From contig JBNAVT010000004.1 in the NCBI GenBank assembly GCA_049700215.1, positions 1 through 39,486 of the forward strand: a stretch of 39,486 bases of DNA, in the 5' to 3' direction. Of this stretch, positions 27,258 to 37,227 are shown piece after piece. Every line of letters begins with the position of its first letter. Position 1 is the first letter of the stretch. The notes under the pieces were generated by a model. The model saw only the letters and a list, made by a program, of their open reading frames with translations, had not been told where the DNA came from and ran no database searches. The DNA is from Thermoproteota archaeon (GTDB taxonomy: Archaea; Thermoproteota; EX4484-205; JAAOZP01). A program made the translations under genes and the position numbers.

Positions 27258-29240
27258 CTAATAGCCTGTTGGTCCTACGGATATTCCTCCGGTAGCAGCG
27301 TTCACTCCCATGATTATCGTCGCCATGAGAGTGACGCCAACCATGAAGCCTATCGCCACGGGTACTCCAACCTCTTCGTAAGCCTTTGCTCCAAACACTT
27401 TAAGCGTTATGAGTTTAAGTATCCACGCGACTCCAGCGTTTATCAGCCACATTCCAGAATAGAAGAACAGCGCATACGGGCTGAAGAAGAACCATGCGAA
27501 CCTAGCCCTTAGGAAGAACAGGATTCCGACCACGACTATAGCCAGCGGGAACATCCACCAGTGGAAGCCCGCAGGTGGTGCTGCGTCAGCCACTACCCAT
27601 GGCACCTGGAACCCGGTGATGTTCGCACCGCTGCCGAGGCCCCAGGCCTTCAACTGGCCTATTCCAGTGCCGTAGATGATGTAGACAGCAACCGGTACGC
27701 CAATGAGCACCGTTATCAGGATGCCTAGTATGTGCGACTTCAGAATGTCTGTTTCCTTAACTTTAGCTGGCTCAACCATCGTGTAGGTTGACGTGTAGGC
27801 CCAGGCGGTGTGCGTGTTCTGGTGAATCACTCCACCCATGCTGGCGGTTATGCTGACGCCAGCCATCGTAGCCCAAGCACTCTGAGTTTTAGCAGCCGCC
27901 CCGCTTGCTGGGAACAGGCCTATTCCAGTGCCGACTCCCCAAGCTAAGAACCTTGCCGGTACAGCGTCTCCTCCAGCCACCCAAGTGCCTGTCGCCCCAC
28001 AGACTGCAACCATACCCGTCGTATACAGGAACCATATTATGAAGCCGACTAGCAGCGGGAGAATGTTGGCCCCGAAGACTACCCACAGGATTAGCCATAG
28101 AAGCCAGGTGGCTGCAAAACCATACCATACGATTGAATTTGGAAGCTCACCGGGGGCGAACTCCTTCTTCTTCAAGCTTTCAGCGTAAGTCTTATAGCCG
28201 AAGACCACGGTCCAGATGCCTATCGCCAAGGGAGCCCAGTAGTAGCTGAAGTTTAGCCACGGGAAGGGCCCTGTGCCAGCTGGGTTAGTGTTGGGCGTTA
28301 TCACGCCAGTGTTGACGAGGACCAGCGGGAACAGTATTTGGAAGATGAACAGCCAGATGACTATTGACGAAAGAATATCCAAGGGGGCGAGGTACATGAT
28401 TGCAGCATCCGCGGGTATGAACATCCACCAGGATTGTATAGTGTTCTGAGAGATCGAGCTCATAAGGTCGGCGAACCATGTCTGGTAGAACTGGCCGAAT
28501 GCGAAGAACACTGTCGTGAACTTAATAATGTAGTTTAACGCTCCCAGTATACCTATTATGCATCCTAGTATTACACCTGCTATGAACGGAAGTTTCTTCA
28601 TGTAGCTTGCGAAGGTTCCTTTCTGATGCTGCGAAAGCATCTCGTTGATGGGTATCATCATTGGGAACGGGAGCCTCTCTTTCTTAATGAGCTGCAGCCT
28701 GATTAAAGCAGCTTGAAAGACCATCATCAGGCACCAAATGATTATCATTATCATCCAGAACGCGAGGTATGGGAGCAGCCTGCCCAGTGGTACGGCTGCC
28801 CTCCCAGCCCAGGCGGGAGCAACCAGGTCATAGTCGCCCGGGGTCCACAGCGGCGGGTAATACTTTAGCAGAGCCTCCACGTTCGGGTTTGTCTTTACCA
28901 AGTAGGTTCCTGCGAATATGAATTGGAGGAAGGCGCCGATGACGAACGGGCTGTCCGCAGTTATGAAAGCTATCGTGGTGATTACAGCAATCTCTTGGAC
29001 GGTTAGAGCCTTCATGAAAAGGCTGACTAGGACGAGTATGAACACTAGCCCGTATGGTGGGTATATTGCCGACCCCACTCTGCCCGCGAAAACGGGTTCC
29101 AAGCTTATTCCTAGGCCCCACCACGTAGCTATGTTTGCAAAAAGCCCTATTATGCCGAAGATTATTGCAAGGATTATTGCTCTTATGGTGAAACCTGCTT
29201 TTAACTCTTCTATTGCTGAGACGGTTTTAGTCTCACTCAA
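27258..29240 (-). CDS. OPT-like membrane protein (DUF6785/DUF6784-like)
   Basis: 660 aa polytopic; GFTIRAIIL, LTVQEIAVI and KERLPFPM motifs; TTG start preceded by a GGTGA RBS. Confidence 0.72.
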   Translation of the reverse strand: MSETKTVSAIEELKAGFTIRAIILAIIFGIIGLFANIATWWGLGISLEPVFAGRVGSAIYPPYGLVFILVLVSLFMKALTVQEIAVITTIAFITADSPFVIGAFLQFIFAGTYLVKTNPNVEALLKYYPPLWTPGDYDLVAPAWAGRAAVPLGRLLPYLAFWMIMIIIWCLMMVFQAALIRLQLIKKERLPFPMMIPINEMLSQHQKGTFASYMKKLPFIAGVILGCIIGILGALNYIIKFTTVFFAFGQFYQTWFADLMSSISQNTIQSWWMFIPADAAIMYLAPLDILSSIVIWLFIFQILFPLVLVNTGVITPNTNPAGTGPFPWLNFSYYWAPLAIGIWTVVFGYKTYAESLKKKEFAPGELPNSIVWYGFAATWLLWLILWVVFGANILPLLVGFIIWFLYTTGMVAVCGATGTWVAGGDAVPARFLAWGVGTGIGLFPASGAAAKTQSAWATMAGVSITASMGGVIHQNTHTAWAYTSTYTMVEPAKVKETDILKSHILGILITVLIGVPVAVYIIYGTGIGQLKAWGLGSGANITGFQVPWVVADAAPPAGFHWWMFPLAIVVVGILFFLRARFAWFFFSPYALFFYSGMWLINAGVAWILKLITLKVFGAKAYEEVGVPVAIGFMVGVTLMATIIMGVNAATGGISVGPTGY

Positions 29241-29408
29241 ACTCTTTTCACCGCATAAAATACTGTTTACTGATTTATAAAGTTTTAGGGCGATAAATAA
29301 AGAATATTGTACTCTTTCAGAACAGCCTCTAAAGACAGGGGTAAGAGGGCTCGAAATATGTTAAGACAGGTTAAAGTTTTTTATAACAGGTTTTTAAACC
29401 CCTTTCTA

Positions 29409-30338
29409 ATGCTTCAACAGACTGGGAGGTTCGTGAGAAACCTCAGGATATCGGTTATAGAGAACTGCAACCTTAATTGCTTCTTCTGCCACAGGGAGTG
29501 GAACCCTCTTTCGAGCGAGAACATGAGTTTAAACGAGGTTAGGAAAATCGTTGAGGTTGCCAGCAGCCTAGGCGTTGAAAGCGTTAAGATAACGGGTGGA
29601 GAACCCTTGCTGAGGAAAGACGTGGTTGACATCGTGAAATCGGTTTCCCCGCTCGTCAGGGAGGTTTCACTCGTTACAAACGGTGTCCTCCTGGAGGAAC
29701 ACGCGGCGGATCTTAAGGATGCGGGGCTTAGGAGGGTTAACGTTAACCTTCCGAGCCTCGATTCTTCAAAGTATAGTTGGATAACCGGGGGCGGGGATGT
29801 TTCAAAGGTTTTCAACGGGGTGAACGCTGCTCTGGAGGCTGGTTTAAATCCGGTTAAGATAAACATGGTTGTTCTGAAAGGGGTTAACGAGGAGGATGTT
29901 GACGAGATGCTGGATTACGCTGGCTCCCTGGGGGCGGTTCTCCAGCTTATAGAGCTTCAGCCGATTCCAGGTGGCAAGCAGGTTTTCGAAGAGTTTCACG
30001 TCAGCCTCGAGGTTATTGAAAAAAGCATTGCTTCAAAATCAGCCGGGAGAACGCTCAACCAGACTGGTCAACGCCCCGTCTACAGGCTTAACAGAAAAGG
30101 GAGGGAGGTTCTTGTTGAAATAGTCGCGCCCACTGGGAACCCGGATTTCTGCTCCCGCTGCTCCAAGCTCAGGGTTACGTGCGACGGAAAGCTGAAGCCC
30201 TGCCTGCTGAGAAACGATAATCTTTTAGACATGGCGGGGGCGATTCGCTCAGGCTGTGGCGACGATGCTTTAAAGAGGATTTTCATGGAGGCGGTTATGT
30301 TGAAGAAGCCTTATTGGGGAGTAACCGTTAGCTTTTAA
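29409..30338 (+). CDS. moaA: GTP 3',8-cyclase MoaA
   Basis: GRFVRNLRIS, CNLNCFFCHRE, KITGGEPL, and C-terminal FCSRCSKLRVTCDGKLKPCL second cluster. Start reassigned to ATG 29409. Confidence 0.92.
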   Translation: MLQQTGRFVRNLRISVIENCNLNCFFCHREWNPLSSENMSLNEVRKIVEVASSLGVESVKITGGEPLLRKDVVDIVKSVSPLVREVSLVTNGVLLEEHAADLKDAGLRRVNVNLPSLDSSKYSWITGGGDVSKVFNGVNAALEAGLNPVKINMVVLKGVNEEDVDEMLDYAGSLGAVLQLIELQPIPGGKQVFEEFHVSLEVIEKSIASKSAGRTLNQTGQRPVYRLNRKGREVLVEIVAPTGNPDFCSRCSKLRVTCDGKLKPCLLRNDNLLDMAGAIRSGCGDDALKRIFMEAVMLKKPYWGVTVSF

Positions 30339-31453
30339 GAAACGGGTTCAAAAACAATGTTAAGCCTCCTAGCGTAATCGTAGGCTTCCTGCATTTCTCT
30401 TGCACTAGGCCTTCTAGATATATCTGGGTATGCGCCGGGGTTTCTCGCAACAAGGTAATCCGGATGATACTGACCCATTATGTTCACGAGAGCGTTAGGA
30501 GTGTTTTCAGATATCCATTTTAAAACAGGCTTGGTGCAACATTCTAAATGGCTCGGCAGGACTAGGTGTCTTATTATCATATCTCCGTTCACGTAAGCAA
30601 TCCTGTGGTTTCTCGCCACCACCTCGAAATAATTTTCAACCCTTGAAAGCCTTCTGGCGCAATCGTTGCTGCCATACTTGAAATCAGGGAGCCATATGTC
30701 TATTACTTCAGCGAGAAGCCTCATGGCCTCAGTGCTGCAATACATGTTGCTATTCCATAGTTGCGGTATGTTTACATCCAGGTGTTTGAGGGAGGAGAGT
30801 ATCATGTGGAGATTCGGAGTCGGGTCTCCCCCTACGTAGTTTATGTTTGCAGCATTCTCAGAGCTAAGCCTCTTGCTTATTAAGGCGAGTGTTCTCGGAT
30901 TAACCTCGCCACCGTTCCCAGGGTCTGAAGAAATGTCCCAGTTCTGACAGTATACGCACGGCCCGAAGTTGCAGCCTGCGAAGAATATTGTTCCGGAGCC
31001 GCCCTCGCCTATCAAGGGTCCCTCCTCCCCGAAGTGGTGGAACCATGTTGAAACCCTGCTCACATATCCTACTCTGCAGAACCCCAGCTCCCCCTTCCTC
31101 CGGTTCACTCCGCATCTTCTCTCGCAGAACTCGCAGTGCTCGACAAGCCTTTCAGAAAGCTCTACCTTGACATCCAGGAAGCTTACTTCCGCAGCGGGTG
31201 CCTCACCAGTCCTTCCAGCCTTCACTGACTCATGAGCCTTCCTAAACTCTGAGCTAAGGTCTTCATGAAGCCTCCAGAGCTCCTCCTCCCCCATGCCCTC
31301 AAGATCCTTGACCCCCACCTGCGCAGGGATGCGTTTAGCTATCAGGAACTTAGCGGGCTTAAGGTTTTTCATAACAGCCCTATACCATGAGAGCCTTTTC
31401 TGAACCTCCTTATTGTTCCACACGGTTACCGCATCACTTCTGAGAACCCACAT
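30335..31453 (-). CDS. PflX-like radical SAM protein (PFL-activating enzyme related)
   Basis: CEFCERRCGVNR..GFC, HFGEE, GSGTIFFAGCNFGPCVYCQNWDIS, VGGDPTP, WLPDFKYG, RHLVLP. Confidence 0.9.
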   Translation of the reverse strand: MWVLRSDAVTVWNNKEVQKRLSWYRAVMKNLKPAKFLIAKRIPAQVGVKDLEGMGEEELWRLHEDLSSEFRKAHESVKAGRTGEAPAAEVSFLDVKVELSERLVEHCEFCERRCGVNRRKGELGFCRVGYVSRVSTWFHHFGEEGPLIGEGGSGTIFFAGCNFGPCVYCQNWDISSDPGNGGEVNPRTLALISKRLSSENAANINYVGGDPTPNLHMILSSLKHLDVNIPQLWNSNMYCSTEAMRLLAEVIDIWLPDFKYGSNDCARRLSRVENYFEVVARNHRIAYVNGDMIIRHLVLPSHLECCTKPVLKWISENTPNALVNIMGQYHPDYLVARNPGAYPDISRRPSAREMQEAYDYARRLNIVFEPVS

Positions 31454-31571
31454 TCGACGCTGAGTTATGAGTCGCGACCCCTTTTATAAGACTTTTGCCT
31501 TTTAACGACTGTTTATAGCGCGCGCTCGCGATGCTGGAAAGATTAAATAAAGCCGGGATCAGATGTGATTC

Positions 31572-31856
31572 ATGAAAAACGCAAAGCTACTCTTGGACGA
31601 GATGTACTCCGGTTTGAAGCCCTTTCTGAAAATACTTGGGTGGGAAGCCCAGTCGGTTGACGAGCTGGGTCTAAAGGGTGCGGAGGATGCTGCGATAGTT
31701 GAATACGCCTCTAGAAACAGTCTCGTAATCGTCACGCAGGACCAGGTGACTGCCGACTTGGCTAGGCTTAAGGGGGTTCCTTGCATACTGGTTGGGCTTG
31801 TCGAGACAGCTAGGATGGTTGATAAAGCACTCAGGAACATGGGTTTAGACCCTTGA
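31572..31856 (+). CDS. PIN-like protein (DUF5615/Mut7-C N-terminal type)
   Basis: KLLLDEM..LKILGW..EDAAIVEYA..VIVTQD pattern; preceded by TTAAATA. Confidence 0.75.
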   Translation: MKNAKLLLDEMYSGLKPFLKILGWEAQSVDELGLKGAEDAAIVEYASRNSLVIVTQDQVTADLARLKGVPCILVGLVETARMVDKALRNMGLDP

Positions 31857-33403
31857 TTTTTTAAGATCCTCCAAGCCCAGCCCGAAACCTTGAGAACGTG
31901 TCTTAGAACCCTGGGACCGTGCAACCATCTGTAGTAAGCCAGGTAGGCGAGTAATCCCCCTATTCTGATTAAGCTTTGGAAGCCTTTTCCCCTCCATGTT
32001 TTCACGTTATGCCTCCAACATGTTGGGAAAACATCCCAGTGCAGCTCTGACAAACCATCCAGGTCTGCATGCCTCTCACTGTTTAAAACGCAATCCTCTT
32101 CAGACGTGAATAGTAGGGGCACGAAGAAGACTTTAGTGCTCTTCAACCTGTCAAGCAGCTCGAGAGTTGCAGTAATGTCCTTCTCGTTTTCAGTAGGAAG
32201 GCCCGTTATGAGTGTTGCTAAAGGATATATCTGGTTGTCGTTAAGTATTCCAAGCCCCTGAACAACGATATCAGGCCACTGTTCAGGCTTATATGGTAAA
32301 GTCTTCCCCCTCATGTATTTCTCTATAAGTCTGACACTCCCGGTTTCAATGCCGGTTTCGAAAGTTGCATACCTCTGGTTGTTCAAGTAGGTCCACCGGG
32401 ATTTTTCAACCAGCGTAGGCGCTATTTTTTCAACAATCCTATGGTTGCAGACTACGTGTGTAAGGGCGGCATGCGCCACCTGAATATACTGAACCCCTTC
32501 AACCCTAGCTATGGAGTCAACCAGTTCAAACAGCGCGTCCTCATTTGGCGTGAAATCAGGATTCGCCTTGTAAAGAAATACGTCGTCAGTCTGGAGGGTT
32601 ATTATTCTGGTTCCGCTTCTAGCGTTTAAGTCAACCTCTTTCATAATGCGCGCCAGGGGGAAGGAGTATCTTTGCCTAAGCGTTGGGGAACAGAATTGAC
32701 ATCCCCTTCCGCATCCACGTGTGACTTCAACAACGCCGAACAATGAAGCCTTCTTAATGCATGGAATGTTTTCAAGCTCAGGCTTGCTGCACACTACTTG
32801 CTTCGGGAGCACCCCACCGTTCAAAGCCTTTTTGAAGAGCCTTATAACATCCTCCTCAGCCTCGCCCATAATCACGCAATCTATCCCGAGCTCCTTCTGA
32901 ACCCCTGCTTTGACGACTTGCCAAGCACCACTCCCGCCCAGCACTATTTTAGGCTTATACTTCTTGAAAACAGGCTGGAAAGAAGGGTTTCAAACTCTAT
33001 TCTTGTGACGGGCTTGCCGCTCATCCCTATGAGGCTTGTGTAGGTCCTGCTTACAAACCCTATTCCCAACGGGTCCATTGATGAAACACTCACTACCCTT
33101 GTCTCTCTCCCCACAAACATTTCAAGCATAGCCGGGTGAACAGTGGCAACGTTCTCCTCCCCAAACTCATCTATGAGTAGAGCCTCTATTTTCCTCAATC
33201 CATAGGGGGCGAGCCTAACCGTCCCATCATCGTTGAAAGGTGCAGGAGGATAAAGCTTTTCCCTGAGAAACTTCTTCGGCAGAGCGCGCGCGCTAAAAAG
33301 CTATGAACGGGTTTAGGTTGAAATCGCTCATCTCTACAGCAGACGCTGTTAACACTATTTTCTTACCGCCTTCATGCCTGTCTGAAGAGCTTTCCCTGAA
33401 CAA
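31857..33403 (-). pseudogene. frameshifted B12-binding radical SAM gene
   Basis: Three frames join into one protein: KKIVLTASAVEMSDFNLNPFIAF / LPKKFLREKLYPP..APYGLRKIEA..MDPLG / PVFKKYKPKIVLGGSGAWQ..EVTRGCGRGCQFC. Breaks at ~33290 and ~32975; both ends approximate. Confidence 0.8.
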
Positions 33404-33587
33404 CTTCTCTTTTCCCGTTGGATTTCCCGTCTCCGCGAACCCAAAGTATATATACGTTTTTCTCAGCCCGAAGATTCGACTGAATGTTAAAAAGGGTTCG
33501 ATGACAGACTCGTAAACCTTTTTATTTGCAAAGCATTTAAAATTAAAGGCATAAAGTTTTATATTTGCGACGATTTTAGAAGCAATT

Positions 33588-36047
33588 ATGGAAACCATAA
33601 GTCTTAACGGGGAATGGCTTTTCAAGGAATGCGGAAAGGATGAGGAGACGCCGCCGAGTTCAGGCCCCTGGTTGAAAGCATTCGTGCCGGGTGTCGTCCA
33701 CCTCGATCTTTTGAGGAACAGAAAGATTCCCGACCCGTTCTTCAGAATGAACGAGCTCGAGGTGGCTTGGGTGGAGGAGGAGGACTGGTGGTATAAGAAG
33801 GTGTTTCAAGCAGGCAAGGAGTTTCTCAACCATGACCGTGTAGAACTCGTGTTCCACGGCTTAGATACTTTCGCAACAATCTGGCTCAACGGGAAGCAGG
33901 TTGCTAAAACAGCAAACATGTTTCACGAGCACGAGTTCAACGTCAAAGACCTCTTAAAAGAGGGGGAAAACATTCTAGTGGTCAGGCTTGATTCCCCTAA
34001 AAGGATCCTGGAGGAGATGTATAACAAGAGCGATGTTAAGCTGAAAGGAGCCTTTTACCCCCCGATTGTCTACGGCAGGAAAGCGCAATACTCCTTCGGC
34101 TGGGATTGGGGCCCTAGGCTGGGAACCTCAGGGATTTGGAGGAGCGTGGATCTTAAAGCTTACGATGTTTGCAAGATTGAAAGCTTCTATTTCTCGAGCG
34201 ACTTAAATAGTGATCTTAGAAGCTCGAGGGTAAGCGTAAGCGTCTCCATAGAGGTCTTCAAGGCGGAGCGCTTAAAGCTGACGGCACGGGTGAGAGGCTT
34301 CGGTGAAGACCAGGTTAAAGAGGAACATATGGATGCTTCGCCTGGATTAAACGTTTTCAAAATCGAGTTTAATATTGAGAACCCTAAGCTATGGTGGCCA
34401 AACGGTTATGGGGAGCAAAACCTTTACGACTTGGAGATTGTTGTTGAGGGTTCTAAAGGTGTTTTAGACACGGTTAAAAAAAAGGTTGGAATAAGGAAGA
34501 TTGAGGTAGTGCAGGAGAAGGATGAAGAGGGGAGAACCTTCTTCTTCAGAGTCAACAATATTCCGGTTTTCTGCAAAGGGGTCGATTGGGTTCCTGCAGA
34601 CTCCTTCCTGCCTAGGGTCCGCAGACAGGTTTACGATTATCTTCTAAGCAGGGTGAAAGAAGCACATATGAACATGGTAAGGGTCTGGGGTGGCGGGGTC
34701 TATGAGGATGAGGCTTTCTACGAGCTTTGCGACGAGAAGGGGATACTTGTCTGGCAGGACTTCATGTTCGCATGCGCAGAGTATCCTGAGGAAGAATGGT
34801 TCTTCGAATTAGTTAGAAAGGAGGCTGAGAAAGTGGTGAAGAGGCTCAGGAATCACGCTTGCCTAGCAATATGGTGTGGTAACAATGAAAACCACTGGGG
34901 TTTCAAGGCGCATTGGTTCGGCGTGAAGGATAGGTTCTATGGCGAGACGATCTATCATAAGATACTTCCTGAGGTTTGTTCTAAACTTGACCCTGTAACC
35001 TTCTACTGGCCGAGTAGCCCGTATGGAGGAGACGATCCTAATTCTCAAAGCGAAGGCGACAGGCATAACTGGGAGGTTTGGTCTATGCTAAGAGACTACA
35101 CGGAGTATCTTAACGATAAGGGTAGGTTCATAAGCGAATTCGGCTTCCAGTCGGCACCCTCGATGGAAACCATTAGAAGGTTCACTCTCCCCGAGGACAG
35201 GGATCCGCAGAGCAGAGTCATCGAATTCCATAATAAGCAGACTTTTGGACAGGAGAGACTCTGGTTTTTCATTCTAGTTCATTTCAAGCTGGCTGTAAAC
35301 CTGAGCAGGTTTGTCTACTTGACTCAAATAAACCAGGGGGAGGCTATGAAGACGGGCATAGAGCACTGGAGGAGGAGGAAGTTTAAGACTGGGGGGGCCC
35401 TGATATGGCAGCTTAACGACTGTTGGCCAGTGCTCAGCTGGAGCCTGATAGACTACTACGGTGACCTTAAGGCCTCATACTACTATGTGAAGAGGGCGTT
35501 CGACCCGGTTAACGTTAGCCTGCTTGTCAAGCAGGATAGGGTGGAGGTCTGGGTTTGCAACGATCTTCTTAAACCGGTGAAGGGCAGGCTTAGGCTCATG
35601 TCTTTCAATATGAAGGGAAACAGGAGGAGAGAGAGGGGGAAGGAGATTATTGTAGAGGCGAATTCTTCAAAACCATGTATGGAGCTAAGCCTGAGCGAGT
35701 TAAGCGTGAAAGATAGGTTCAGCAGTTTTCTAGTGTGCGTTTTCGAACCTGAGGACGCTGAGCCAAAGTATGAAGTTGTATTCCTTGAAAAAATGAAGTA
35801 TATTAAGCTTCCCAAGCCTAGAATTAGAGTGAAGCTTAGCAAAAAAGATAATGTAACCTTTGAGCTCAATCTGGCTTCGAACAATGTTGCAAAAGCCTGT
35901 GAAATAAGGGTTAAAGGGGTGAAAGCAGAGTTTAGCGATAACTTCTTCGACCTTCCCCCCGGCTTTGAGAAAAAGATTCTTGTAAAGCTGGAGAAGCCCC
36001 TTTCGAAAACCGAGCTCATGAAGAGAATAACAGTATCGCACTACTAG
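33588..36047 (+). CDS. glycoside hydrolase family 2, beta-mannosidase type
   Basis: RKAQYSFGWDWGPRL, NMVRVWGGG, WQDFMFAC, acid/base GNNE, nucleophile SEFG, WQLNDCWP; no signal peptide. Confidence 0.93.
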   Translation: METISLNGEWLFKECGKDEETPPSSGPWLKAFVPGVVHLDLLRNRKIPDPFFRMNELEVAWVEEEDWWYKKVFQAGKEFLNHDRVELVFHGLDTFATIWLNGKQVAKTANMFHEHEFNVKDLLKEGENILVVRLDSPKRILEEMYNKSDVKLKGAFYPPIVYGRKAQYSFGWDWGPRLGTSGIWRSVDLKAYDVCKIESFYFSSDLNSDLRSSRVSVSVSIEVFKAERLKLTARVRGFGEDQVKEEHMDASPGLNVFKIEFNIENPKLWWPNGYGEQNLYDLEIVVEGSKGVLDTVKKKVGIRKIEVVQEKDEEGRTFFFRVNNIPVFCKGVDWVPADSFLPRVRRQVYDYLLSRVKEAHMNMVRVWGGGVYEDEAFYELCDEKGILVWQDFMFACAEYPEEEWFFELVRKEAEKVVKRLRNHACLAIWCGNNENHWGFKAHWFGVKDRFYGETIYHKILPEVCSKLDPVTFYWPSSPYGGDDPNSQSEGDRHNWEVWSMLRDYTEYLNDKGRFISEFGFQSAPSMETIRRFTLPEDRDPQSRVIEFHNKQTFGQERLWFFILVHFKLAVNLSRFVYLTQINQGEAMKTGIEHWRRRKFKTGGALIWQLNDCWPVLSWSLIDYYGDLKASYYYVKRAFDPVNVSLLVKQDRVEVWVCNDLLKPVKGRLRLMSFNMKGNRRRERGKEIIVEANSSKPCMELSLSELSVKDRFSSFLVCVFEPEDAEPKYEVVFLEKMKYIKLPKPRIRVKLSKKDNVTFELNLASNNVAKACEIRVKGVKAEFSDNFFDLPPGFEKKILVKLEKPLSKTELMKRITVSHY

Positions 36048-36126
36048 GGCGGGCTTAAACGCTTTCCCACTAGAAACTTTTTATAACGGCTTAAATAACT
36101 CATATCCGCTAGCTGGAGGAGTAATA

Positions 36127-36363
36127 ATGAGGGTTGAAGTAAAATATTATGCTTGGATAAGGGAGAAGATTGGTGAGAAGGAGACGCTGGAGGTTGATTA
36201 CGGGGTGACCGTTAGAGAAATCGTTGAAAAACTCAGGGAGAAGCATACTGACCTGAATGGGGAGAACTTCCTTATCGCGGTGAACGGGAGAACAGTAGAC
36301 TTGAACACCTGTTTAAAGGAGGGGGATTTAGTAGCCGTGTTCCCTCCAGCCGGAGGTGGTTAG
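36127..36363 (+). CDS. moaD: MoaD/ThiS sulfur carrier
   Basis: Ubiquitin-like size, IAVNG, LKEGD, C-terminal PPAGGG. Confidence 0.9.
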   Translation: MRVEVKYYAWIREKIGEKETLEVDYGVTVREIVEKLREKHTDLNGENFLIAVNGRTVDLNTCLKEGDLVAVFPPAGGG

Positions 36364-36364
36364 A

Positions 36365-36769
36365 ATGATCCGTGTTACTGAGGATGATTTCTCGATAGAC
36401 GAGGCTGCTTCAATGCTTAAAGGAGGGGAAGTCGGCGCGGTAGTGTTTTTCCTAGGCGTTGTCAAGGGATTTAGAGAAGGCGAGGCTGTTAGCGAAATGA
36501 TTGTCGAAGCATACAAGGAGGCTGCTGAGGCGGAGCTTGAAAAAATAAGGAGGGAGGCTCTGGAAAGATTCGGAATAATTGATGCAGCCATAATCCATAG
36601 GGTTGGAAGGCTTAAGCCGGCTGAAAACATAGTTCTAGTAGCAGCTTCGGCGAGAACTAGGGAGGAGGCTTTTAAAGCCTGCAGTTGGATGATAGATGAG
36701 GTTAAGGCGCATGCACCCATTTGGAAGAAGGAGGATACTCCCAGAGGGTGGAGATGGGTTAAACCTTGA
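36365..36769 (+). CDS. moaE: molybdopterin synthase catalytic subunit MoaE
   Basis: GAVVFFLGVV, IHRVGRL, IDEVKAHAPIWKKE; ATG 36365 follows GGAGGTGG. Confidence 0.92.
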   Translation: MIRVTEDDFSIDEAASMLKGGEVGAVVFFLGVVKGFREGEAVSEMIVEAYKEAAEAELEKIRREALERFGIIDAAIIHRVGRLKPAENIVLVAASARTREEAFKACSWMIDEVKAHAPIWKKEDTPRGWRWVKP

Positions 36770-37227
36770 ACGGGAAAGAGAAGGGGCTGGAGATGGTTGA
36801 CATAAGCTGGAAGGAGGCTTCTCGTAGGAGGGCTGTGGCGAAGGGTTGGATTAGGCTTAGGCGTGAAACCGTGGATGCGATAAAAACGGGTAAAGTTGCG
36901 AAAGGCGATGTTCTAACAGTCGCAAGGGTTTCAGCGATTCTCGCGGTTAAGAAGACGCCTGAGCTGATACCCGGCTGCCACCCAATTCCACTAACACATA
37001 TAGCTGTCGAGTTTCAAACAGGAGACGACCGGGTCTCGGTGGTCTGCAGTGTTGCCTCGGAGTCTAAGACGGGTGTTGAGATGGAGGCTTTAACCGGGGT
37101 GGCTGCAGCATTGCTGACCATCTGGGACATGGTTAAGGAGATTGAGAAGGATGAGAAGGGCCAGTACCCGTTTACAGCGGTAGAGAGCATAGTCGTCGAG
37201 GAGAAGGTTAAGGATTGGACTATTTAG
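36766..37227 (+). CDS. moaC: cyclic pyranopterin monophosphate synthase MoaC
   Basis: MVDIS.K, KGDVL, KKTPELIPGCHP, TGVEMEAL, IWDMVK. Confidence 0.95.
   Translation: MNGKEKGLEMVDISWKEASRRRAVAKGWIRLRRETVDAIKTGKVAKGDVLTVARVSAILAVKKTPELIPGCHPIPLTHIAVEFQTGDDRVSVVCSVASESKTGVEMEALTGVAAALLTIWDMVKEIEKDEKGQYPFTAVESIVVEEKVKDWTI

Noticed and set aside
31559-31856. C-terminal ~100 aa of the 461-aa minus-strand ORF as real coding sequence
   Set aside because: It is antisense to a recognisable PIN-like gene and is most likely run-through after loss of the normal stop.
33293-33295. TAG in the radical SAM gene as a recoded stop
   Set aside because: The downstream coding sequence continues in a different frame, so readthrough would not restore the protein.
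33404-33625. N-terminal part of ORF 33293-33625
   Set aside because: It spans the divergent promoter region and overlaps the GH2 start; only the last ~35 codons resemble the radical SAM N-terminus.
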